Under the pieces are notes generated by a model. It did not search any database and was not told the DNA's origin. It was given only the letters and a program-made list of their open reading frames with translations. 64,000 nucleotides of DNA from a virus (Duplodnaviria > Heunggongvirae > Uroviricota > Caudoviricetes), in the IMG/VR virus record IMGVR_UViG_3300049596_000323, positions 1-64,000 of that record. One strand, given 5' to 3'. Positions within the stretch are counted from its first letter, which is position 1, and each line of letters begins with the position of its first letter. The translations under genes and the position numbers were made by a program. Below, piece by piece: positions 57,723-64,000 of the stretch.

Positions 57723-57916
57723 TATTTCTTTTTAACAGGTTTAACTTTAAATATATCTTTCTTAACCTTATCCATCCACATCTTTTCTTTCTTAGGCTTC
57801 ATAGCTCTTTTAACTTTACTAAAAGCATCTATCTTGCCACCTTTCTTTAATGATGTACCATCTTTTTTAATTAGATGACCATTTGGAACAGGAGTAGGTT
57901 TTTTTACAGTTGCCAT
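57722..57916 (-). CDS. Lys-rich basic protein, MATVKK family, member A
   Basis: Starts MATVKKPTP; LKKGGKI; about 30% Lys. Confidence 0.5.
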   Translation of the reverse strand: MATVKKPTPVPNGHLIKKDGTSLKKGGKIDAFSKVKRAMKPKKEKMWMDKVKKDIFKVKPVKKK

Positions 57917-58062
57917 TATTTACGTTTCTTAGCCATCGCTTTGAAAGTCTTAGCTAATGCTTTTCTTTTAGGAGTGCATGTAGCTTTAGTCATTGGAGTG
58001 CAATAACCCTTATGTTTAGGGTTAACAGCATCTTGTATCCAATTTTTCTTAGCAGTGGCCAT
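57917..58062 (-). CDS. small basic protein, MATAKK family, member F
   Basis: 48-aa ORF MATAKKNWIQDAVNPKHKGYCTPMTKATCTPKRKALAKTFKAMAKKRK, not in the track. Confidence 0.4.
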
Positions 58063-58072
58063 GATATATTAT

Positions 58073-58342
58073 TTATAAACTTGCTTTAGGAACTTCTGGA
58101 GCTTCTACAATAATGCCAATTTCAACATTTCTTGCTAAAATAGCTTCTACTTTATCTGCAGTTTCTGCAGCTAAGAACAATGCTTGTGCTTCTTGAGTTG
58201 ATGTAACACCACGTAAAGCATTTAAAATTGCACCAAACTCTGCACCAGAAACTACAATGCTAACATCACCAGCCCATGTATATTTCTTATTAGGATCAAA
58301 TTTTGGAGCTTCTTGTCCAACTTCTTGAATTTCTTCTGACAT
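58073..58342 (-). CDS. hypothetical acidic protein
   Basis: 89-aa ORF. Confidence 0.35.
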   Translation of the reverse strand: MSEEIQEVGQEAPKFDPNKKYTWAGDVSIVVSGAEFGAILNALRGVTSTQEAQALFLAAETADKVEAILARNVEIGIIVEAPEVPKASL

Positions 58343-58383
58343 AACTTTATTTTTTTTGGTTTAATAGCGAAGATATATATTTG

Positions 58384-58674
58384 TTACGAATCTTCCAAAT
58401 TTATTTCAAACGTAATAGTAGATGAATTTTTAATACTTTTAGATAACTCTAGTCTGATTTTAAACATATTATGAAACTTCAATAGCTCCTGCAAAAGAGA
58501 CTCAGTGTATTTTGGTACACTAGGAGCCAATCTAAAATGATAGGAGCGAGGATTTTTAACTATCTCCAAAGTAGATAGTTCATCTATTGAGTCAATTATT
58601 CCCTCTAGGTGAGCAAAATAAATCATTTCATTATCTTGCATCACCTTAGGGAAGTATTTTTTGTTTATCTGCAT
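58384..58674 (-). CDS. hypothetical protein
   Basis: 96-aa ORF. Confidence 0.35.
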   Translation of the reverse strand: MQINKKYFPKVMQDNEMIYFAHLEGIIDSIDELSTLEIVKNPRSYHFRLAPSVPKYTESLLQELLKFHNMFKIRLELSKSIKNSSTITFEINLEDS

Positions 58675-59078
58675 TAAGACAGAGTTAATAGATATTTCGT
58701 TTTAGCTGCTTCACCGCTTAATGCATCAGCTAAATTAGCTATATCGTGATAGCTGTTTGCTTCAGCATAACTTTTTAATGAAGATGCAAAAGATAAAAGA
58801 TTTGAAACACACTCGTTTCCTGTACAATTTGTAAGAGGTTCTATCTTGTATGGAGCAGGACGTTTGCCTGTATAGCCCATAAGTTTCTCTATTACACCAT
58901 CTTTGAAATCATGTACATAATCATACAATCCTCCTAAAGCTTGGTGCTCAGCATAACTCTTTGTTTGCCAATGAGTTAAGTGCAATTGCTCATGAAAATA
59001 CGTAAGCTTCCCAGCTATTGTTTCCAAGTTTAATTCTCCTGATTTCATCATCTCATCAGGGAACAATGATTTTGCCAT
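58674..59078 (-). CDS. hypothetical protein with weak Dps/ferritin-like pattern
   Basis: HLTHWQTKSYAEHQAL...DGVIEKLMGYTG loosely parallels Dps HWNMRGANFIAVHEM...DTMAERAVQLGG. Confidence 0.3.
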   Translation of the reverse strand: MAKSLFPDEMMKSGELNLETIAGKLTYFHEQLHLTHWQTKSYAEHQALGGLYDYVHDFKDGVIEKLMGYTGKRPAPYKIEPLTNCTGNECVSNLLSFASSLKSYAEANSYHDIANLADALSGEAAKTKYLLTLS

Positions 59079-59093
59079 GTTGTTTGGTTTTTA

Positions 59094-59294
59094 CTATTCT
59101 GGAATAGCTGTAGTTGTAGTACTAGTTGTACTAGTTGTACTAGTTGTAGGCACATACTCACAACATTCTGTTATAGCGATTTCATGCCATCTTCCAACTG
59201 TAGGTTTCTTTCTTCTAAAGATAAGACTACCTGCAACTACTCTACCACTACCATCATAGCGGACGTAAGCTTTTAAATTTTGATTGCTTCCCAT
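59094..59294 (-). CDS. small protein with poly-Thr tail
   Basis: Ends PTTSTTSTTSTTTTAIPE. Confidence 0.3.
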   Translation of the reverse strand: MGSNQNLKAYVRYDGSGRVVAGSLIFRRKKPTVGRWHEIAITECCEYVPTTSTTSTTSTTTTAIPE

Positions 59295-59313
59295 AATTTT
59301 GTTTTTAATTAGG

Positions 59314-60330
59314 TTAATAGTTAAGGTTATATTTGTTTTTTAATTCTAATAGTTTTTTAACATAGTAATATGTACCATGTTTTTTAGACTCATCACTAGT
59401 ATGCACTACATACATGTGACTATCACTGAAAGGATCTTTACCTGTGTGGTATGTTCCTTTATAGAACGCAGGGTAGCCATACATTGTTTTAGCTGTCACT
59501 CCTGCATTATGAAAGAGTCCTAGTTTCTCCACCTTTTCAATTGGGTCTGTTGCCCAAGAGAAATCCATCTCAGGGATGTTTTTAGTTTCTTGGTCTCTTA
59601 ACCAAAGGTTCCATAACACGGCCCACATATCTGCACACCAGCTTTGAAATCCTTTATCTTCACTACCAAAGAACTCTTTGTTTATATGTTGAAGATAGCT
59701 ACGAATAACAATACAGTCATTCATCACCTTCTTCCAGAAGGTAGCATCCACATTCTTTAAGAAGTATTGAGCTCCTCCTGAATGTTCGTTGTTAGCTTCA
59801 GCTATTTCTCTATTGATTCCTATTAAGCTTGTAAGCTCAGCTAGGACATCTCTAGTTTTGTATTCTTCTAGCTTAGCAGGAAGAACATCTTTTATTTTAC
59901 TATCAAAATATGAAGCATTTATGTAGCTGTTTGTGTCAGACAAGTAGCAGACTTCATCGTCTCTATACTTCTCTACATCAAATTTATCTGTAAACAGAAT
60001 ATCACAGTCACAGTAGAACACTGCTTTGCTTATCATCTCAGGGTGTTCCTGAAAGTATCTCATCAAGACATATGGACGTAAAACAGGAATATAAACTCCT
60101 AAGTATTTACTTACATCTCCTGTGTCTTTATAGAAAGCAAACTCTGCTTCTGGATACAGATCAACTATCTTTTGCCATTTATCACTTTTTTCTCTAAAGC
60201 TAGGAGTGTATATTAACACAATTGCTTTGTCCAAGTGCCCAATTTCTTTTAAACTTTCTAACCAGGCATGTACTTGCCAAGTATAGTAAGTATCATCTGG
60301 CTGAGCACAGATAAACTTTAAATCCTTCAT
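59314..60330 (-). CDS. DxD-motif glycosyltransferase candidate
   Basis: VFYCDCDILF DxD-like motif; 338 aa. Confidence 0.35.
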   Translation of the reverse strand: MKDLKFICAQPDDTYYTWQVHAWLESLKEIGHLDKAIVLIYTPSFREKSDKWQKIVDLYPEAEFAFYKDTGDVSKYLGVYIPVLRPYVLMRYFQEHPEMISKAVFYCDCDILFTDKFDVEKYRDDEVCYLSDTNSYINASYFDSKIKDVLPAKLEEYKTRDVLAELTSLIGINREIAEANNEHSGGAQYFLKNVDATFWKKVMNDCIVIRSYLQHINKEFFGSEDKGFQSWCADMWAVLWNLWLRDQETKNIPEMDFSWATDPIEKVEKLGLFHNAGVTAKTMYGYPAFYKGTYHTGKDPFSDSHMYVVHTSDESKKHGTYYYVKKLLELKNKYNLNY

Positions 60331-60359
60331 ATGTAGTTATTGTTGGTTTAGATAAATAC

Positions 60360-60557
60360 TTATGCTTGAAGACCAGCTAATAAAGCTTTCTTAACATCAA
60401 GTTGAGCTTGTAATTCAGCTTCATAATCTGCTGGAGTTTTTGCTGCTTCTTCAGCTGCTTTTGCTGCAATAAGTGCATCAATCTGAGCCTTTCTTGCTTC
60501 TTGAATTGCTTTATCTGTTGCTTCTAATTCTGCTTGTAACGCTTGTAAATTTGCCAT
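60360..60557 (-). CDS. Ala-rich coiled-coil protein
   Basis: 65 aa MANLQALQAELEATDKAIQEARKAQ... Confidence 0.35.
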   Translation of the reverse strand: MANLQALQAELEATDKAIQEARKAQIDALIAAKAAEEAAKTPADYEAELQAQLDVKKALLAGLQA

Positions 60558-60568
60558 TTTTATTTTAT

Positions 60569-60724
60569 TTAAGGGGTTGTTGTAGTGGTAGTTGTGGTAG
60601 TTAAGCCTGCAGTGTTTTTAACTACAGCTCCAACTTGTCCAATCAACTGTTCCATTTGTTTTGAGATGTTCCACAATTGTTGTGAAACTGGATCTTGCCC
60701 TATGGGCCTTGCTGGTATTGCCAT
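60569..60724 (-). CDS. small protein with poly-Thr C-terminus
   Basis: 51-aa ORF ending TTTTTTTTTP, not in the track. Confidence 0.2.
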   Translation of the reverse strand: MAIPARPIGQDPVSQQLWNISKQMEQLIGQVGAVVKNTAGLTTTTTTTTTP

Positions 60725-60872
60725 GTTATAAAAAATTAATTTTCAAAGATATGTTGTTTTTTACTATAATCAATGAGGTTTATAAAATTGGTATAACCAA
60801 ATTAATTAACTCAACTCTAATCAAGTTAGTTATAGATTTTAGTTTAGAAATGTTTGTATATTGGTAGTATTA

Positions 60873-61001
60873 CTACTTACCTTGACCTTTATATTTCTTT
60901 ACTGGTTTGTCTTTTGGACCTTGTGATTTAGCAGCTTTGCCACCTTTACGTTTTCCAAAATTTACTTTTTGTGAGGATGATCCTCCTTTAGCCTTTGCCA
61001 T
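60873..61001 (-). CDS. small Gly/Lys-rich basic protein
   Basis: Internal Met start (MAKAKGGSSSQKVNFGKRKGGKAAK...) chosen to avoid overlap; resembles the MATxKK cassette. Confidence 0.35.
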   Translation of the reverse strand: MAKAKGGSSSQKVNFGKRKGGKAAKSQGPKDKPVKKYKGQGK

Positions 61002-61009
61002 GTTGATTT

Positions 61010-61399
61010 TTATCTTTTTATAGTGAAGAATTGTAATACTATAACACCAACCAATACCATTTTTTGAGCAAACTCCCATCCGCTATTATCTTTAGCAATA
61101 GGGATACGCATATTTAATCTTTCATCATATCTTGCTCTGTACTGATTTGTAACTGCATGCAAGCTATCGTATGTTATTTTGTCTTTGCTTATAATGCTAT
61201 CTTTTATATAAACATACGTCTTCAACGAATCAATTGTAGTTTGATTAGATTGAAACTTATCATTTATAGTGTTTGCCTGTTTCAAGGTCATAACTACAAC
61301 AGAATCATTTCCTATTTTCTTAACGATTGGATACTGGCAATAACCTAAATTTGACACCAGTGTCACTAAGATTACTATCAAGTTTACTTTTAACATCAT
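61010..61399 (-). CDS. o-spanin-like lipoprotein
   Basis: Signal peptide MMLKVNLIVILVTLVSNLGYC with a lipobox Cys; its 5' end overlaps the upstream gene in another frame. Confidence 0.4.
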   Translation of the reverse strand: MMLKVNLIVILVTLVSNLGYCQYPIVKKIGNDSVVVMTLKQANTINDKFQSNQTTIDSLKTYVYIKDSIISKDKITYDSLHAVTNQYRARYDERLNMRIPIAKDNSGWEFAQKMVLVGVIVLQFFTIKR

Positions 61400-61673
61400 T
61401 TAATTCAGATTTTAATGAACTAACCTCTGCTTTTAACGATACTATTTGGTTAACTGCTTGGTTTACTATTTTTGTTTGTGCTTTGGTAGCACCTTCTTGT
61501 ACAGCTGCACCAGCCTTATTGTTTTCTGAAACTTTGTTAAGTAGAAGTTCAAATTCCTTATCTTCCTTAGCTGTTCCATCAACTTGCTGAGCTGTACCAA
61601 TTTGACATCCATATGCAAATAATACTAATATATATAATATATTTTTCATATTATTTAAGTTTTTTGATTGCAC
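61320..61673 (-). CDS. i-spanin-like protein
   Basis: N-terminal hydrophobic segment then a coiled coil (SLKAEVSSLKSELNDVKSKLD); its 3' end overlaps the downstream lipoprotein gene. Confidence 0.4.
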   Translation of the reverse strand: MQSKNLNNMKNILYILVLFAYGCQIGTAQQVDGTAKEDKEFELLLNKVSENNKAGAAVQEGATKAQTKIVNQAVNQIVSLKAEVSSLKSELNDVKSKLDSNLSDTGVKFRLLPVSNR

Positions 61674-61953
61674 CTAATTGTTGTAGAGTTTGTAATTGAG
61701 TGGTAGTCACAGCTTTAGTACTGTCACTAACTCTTAATGCTTCCTGCACCTTATCTAATCTACCTTCCACCTTTTCAATACGTACATTCTGAGAAGTTGC
61801 CTGCTCTTTGAATGTTGTACGAACATCTATGTATAGATATGAAATAGCAATGAGCACCAAGAAAAGGGTGCCCACTATTGGGTTTTTAGCAAACTCCTTA
61901 AAACTTATAGGTAAAGGATTTGCTGATACATTTAAGTCTTTTTTCGCTGCCAT
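61651..61953 (-). CDS. membrane protein (holin or antiholin candidate)
   Basis: Single transmembrane helix IVGTLFLVLIAISYLYI plus a coiled coil. Confidence 0.35.
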   Translation of the reverse strand: MAAKKDLNVSANPLPISFKEFAKNPIVGTLFLVLIAISYLYIDVRTTFKEQATSQNVRIEKVEGRLDKVQEALRVSDSTKAVTTTQLQTLQQLGAIKKLK

Positions 61954-62345
61954 TATCTTAATTTGTTTTTGTATTCTAATACAGCTAAACGCTGTTTGAT
62001 CTCTGCTCTTTCAGTTGCTGCAGATTCTTTAATATCAGTCATTTTTTGTATGATTTCCATCTTCATATCAGCTCTGCTTTGTGCTGCTGCCGCTCTAATA
62101 GCCTCCATCTCAATAGTAGTTCCCTGTGGAGGAATAGCTTTATTTTCAGTAGTTACTACCACTGCTATCTTATTATTTAAAACAGTTATCTGGTTGTTTA
62201 AGGTACTCACTTGAGTCAATAACCATCCAATAGCTGATACACAAATAGGTAAAAGTGTGAAAACTAACTTCTCTACCAACCCTGACTTACTTTTATCAGC
62301 TGCCAGTTGCTCAGATATCTTTTCATTCCTTTCTTCTTGTGTCAT
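61953..62345 (-). CDS. membrane protein (holin candidate)
   Basis: Transmembrane helix LVFTLLPICVSAIGWLL; directly downstream of the endolysin. Confidence 0.35.
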   Translation of the reverse strand: MTQEERNEKISEQLAADKSKSGLVEKLVFTLLPICVSAIGWLLTQVSTLNNQITVLNNKIAVVVTTENKAIPPQGTTIEMEAIRAAAAQSRADMKMEIIQKMTDIKESAATERAEIKQRLAVLEYKNKLR

Positions 62346-62950
62346 TATATACTTCCGTTTAATAGGTTATTGTATTCGTTGAAATGTTTTATACGATCTG
62401 GTAGACCAATTGTTCCACCATTAACACGTTTAGTCACCTTAGTAACCACAGCATCTGTAGCCCCCTCATCAGCAATCTTATGTAATCCATTCTTATGGAA
62501 GAACCAAGCTGCAGATAAAAGTGGGTACTTTGTAGCTACAAGATCTGGACTAACTAATATATCATCTTCTACCACCTTATCAAAAGCTGTGTAGTTATCT
62601 TTACCAGTTAACTGTATGTAACCACGTCCTCTAAACTTGTATCCTTCTCCACTAGCTTGAGGACCATTACCCATACGGTTAGCGTAAACAATGTTAGCAA
62701 TCTTTTCAGGCTTGCGTTCATATTCCTTAGCACTCACAGGAGTAAAGTATTTTTTAAAGATGCTCTGTAAACCAGCAGCACCGTAGTTTAAGTTCTCTGA
62801 AACAGCTTTAAAGCCACCAGATTCATGTCCACATTGAGCCAAGAAATGAGCTAAACGTAAAGGAGTATTGATCTCAAACTTCTCTTGTACAGCAGGGATT
62901 TGAGCAATCACTGTGTCAGGAATGTGTCCTTTTAATTTATCTAAATTCAT
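62345..62950 (-). CDS. GH19-family endolysin
   Basis: AHFLAQCGHESGGF and GRGYIQLTGKDNY are the catalytic motifs of glycoside hydrolase family 19 (chitinase-like lysozymes). Confidence 0.8.
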   Translation of the reverse strand: MNLDKLKGHIPDTVIAQIPAVQEKFEINTPLRLAHFLAQCGHESGGFKAVSENLNYGAAGLQSIFKKYFTPVSAKEYERKPEKIANIVYANRMGNGPQASGEGYKFRGRGYIQLTGKDNYTAFDKVVEDDILVSPDLVATKYPLLSAAWFFHKNGLHKIADEGATDAVVTKVTKRVNGGTIGLPDRIKHFNEYNNLLNGSI

Positions 62951-63108
62951 TTTTTCTTTTTCTTTTTATAGTTAACTTTTTCTATTTTCTCTTCAGAACC
63001 ATTAACTACAGCTTTAACTTCTTTCTCTAAGCTTTTGATAGTTAATAGTTTTTTAGCAAAAGAGCCTTCACCAAAAAGGCTTTTGACAAGTTCAATAATT
63101 TTTTTCAT
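62947..63108 (-). CDS. small Lys-rich protein translationally coupled to the endolysin
   Basis: 53-aa ORF not in the track; its stop overlaps the endolysin ATG (ATGA). Confidence 0.3.
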   Translation of the reverse strand: MKKIIELVKSLFGEGSFAKKLLTIKSLEKEVKAVVNGSEEKIEKVNYKKKKKK

Positions 63109-63113
63109 GTGTT

Positions 63114-63713
63114 TTATTTAATTTTCCAATATGATTGAAAACCATATATAACTTGACTATTATTGTTGATTCCAATATTTAATCCAAATATTTTATCTTT
63201 TTTAGATTTATACAATAGCCCTCCTTGTAAAATATTCAAACTATTCCTATCACTTGCAATACCCCCCCCTATAAATAGAGCACCTTTATTAGGAGCATAC
63301 TTAGTAATGGTGGTTGTTACAGTGACTGTAGGAACCTTATAGTTGTATTTATAAGATCTATTTAGTAATTCATTTTTATACACTGTATCAGCTACAGCTA
63401 CATAACCTAATGTATCCAACTTCACTGTGTCAGCATAAACATTCTTAGCTAAAAAATCTGATACTAACGCTTCATACTGAAGCTTAAGAGTTAAATAGTT
63501 TGTGTCTGCTATATATTCTGGAGGAGTGGCAATAGTGTCATGTATTGTCTCTTTGATCTTTATCTTCTTAACAATCAATGAGTCATGAACCTGCCAAGTA
63601 GTGTCATGTACAGTTACTATTTCAGACTTTTTGTCTATGTAAGTGCACCCATCATTTTGAAAAAATATAAATGCTAGTAAAACAACAATTACAACACTAA
63701 GTAGTTTATTCAT
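63114..63713 (-). CDS. secreted or lipoprotein
   Basis: Signal peptide MNKLLSVVIVVLLAFIFFQNDGC. Confidence 0.4.
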   Translation of the reverse strand: MNKLLSVVIVVLLAFIFFQNDGCTYIDKKSEIVTVHDTTWQVHDSLIVKKIKIKETIHDTIATPPEYIADTNYLTLKLQYEALVSDFLAKNVYADTVKLDTLGYVAVADTVYKNELLNRSYKYNYKVPTVTVTTTITKYAPNKGALFIGGGIASDRNSLNILQGGLLYKSKKDKIFGLNIGINNNSQVIYGFQSYWKIK

Positions 63714-63999
63714 TATCTTCAGTTTGGTTTCTCTTATTAATAAATTTATCTATAGAAGCAATACCAAAACAAGCTATAGTCAAGATTTTAAATGAGTCAT
63801 ATATGAACTCATTAACTAACAACGGTTTATTCATAGCCCCTGTAACAATATCTGTCAAAGCAAATATTATCATGATTACAAAAGAAGCAAAGCCAATTAC
63901 AGCCTTCTCATTGATTGAGTTGCTGTCATCAAATAAATCAGAAAAGAATTTCTTCATATTTTTTATTTTTAATTGTTTTTTTGTTAGGTAGAATAGCAT
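63706..63999 (-). CDS. small membrane protein
   Basis: Transmembrane helix VIGFASFVIMIIFALTDIV; the start is probably at MKKFFSDL. Confidence 0.35.
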   Translation of the reverse strand: MLFYLTKKQLKIKNMKKFFSDLFDDSNSINEKAVIGFASFVIMIIFALTDIVTGAMNKPLLVNEFIYDSFKILTIACFGIASIDKFINKRNQTEDNE

Positions 64000-64000
64000 A

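Noticed and set aside
1-64000. CRISPR arrays, tRNA genes, integrase or attachment sites, and group I or II introns
   Set aside because: No spaced direct-repeat array and no cloverleaf-like segment apart from the tmRNA tRNA-like domain were seen. No tyrosine or serine recombinase motifs were seen. The HNH gene at 46443 is free-standing between intact genes and does not interrupt one.

Overview
This window reads as one contiguous stretch of a tailed dsDNA phage genome (Caudoviricetes). It is AT-rich and gene-dense, with no rRNA or tRNA genes, no CRISPR array and no integrase. The host is probably a member of Bacteroidota; this is inferred from LSSC-type lipoprotein signals, a TTG...TAnnTTTG promoter candidate and a tmRNA with a Bacteroidota-like body. 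There are three blocks. (1) Positions 1-22820, minus strand, hold the late/structural operon, listed here in the order it is transcribed. It starts with small DNA-binding proteins including an HU-like protein. Next come the large terminase, an 860-aa portal candidate, an SPFH/band-7 protein, an acidic scaffold and a major capsid candidate. Then come several virion proteins with poly-Thr/Ser linkers, followed by a tail-fibre cluster: a tail-collar fibre, a collagen-like fibre with a C-terminal S74-type intramolecular chaperone, and a BNR/Asp-box repeat protein. The block ends with a metallophosphoesterase. (2) Positions 23777-55850, plus strand, hold the early and replication block. It begins with many small early ORFs, including very acidic proteins, membrane and lipoproteins and a ParB-like protein. 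A phage-encoded tmRNA follows. The replication genes are a compact family-B DNA polymerase, a DnaB-like helicase, an SF2 helicase, a Sak4-like ATPase, a DnaG-like primase and a uracil-DNA glycosylase homologue with its catalytic Asp replaced. Next are an Hsp90/HtpG-like GHKL chaperone followed by a protein with DnaJ-type zinc fingers, then an HNH endonuclease and a PD-(D/E)xK nuclease candidate. The block ends with a class-II-like ribonucleotide reductase, a RecA/UvsX-like recombinase, a dUTPase, a GroES-like co-chaperonin and a GT31/Fringe-like glycosyltransferase. (3) Positions 55997-63999, minus strand, hold a tandem cassette of 6-7 paralogous Lys-rich proteins that all start MAT(V/A)KK, then a second DxD glycosyltransferase and a lysis module (GH19 endolysin, overlapping spanin-like pair, holin candidates). 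The most unusual items are the tmRNA, the chaperone set (Hsp90-like, DnaJ zinc finger, GroES-like), the MATVKK basic-protein cassette, the catalytic-Asp-less uracil-DNA glycosylase, and poly-Thr linkers co-occurring with two glycosyltransferases. All functional calls come from motifs read by eye in the translations; no database search was possible.
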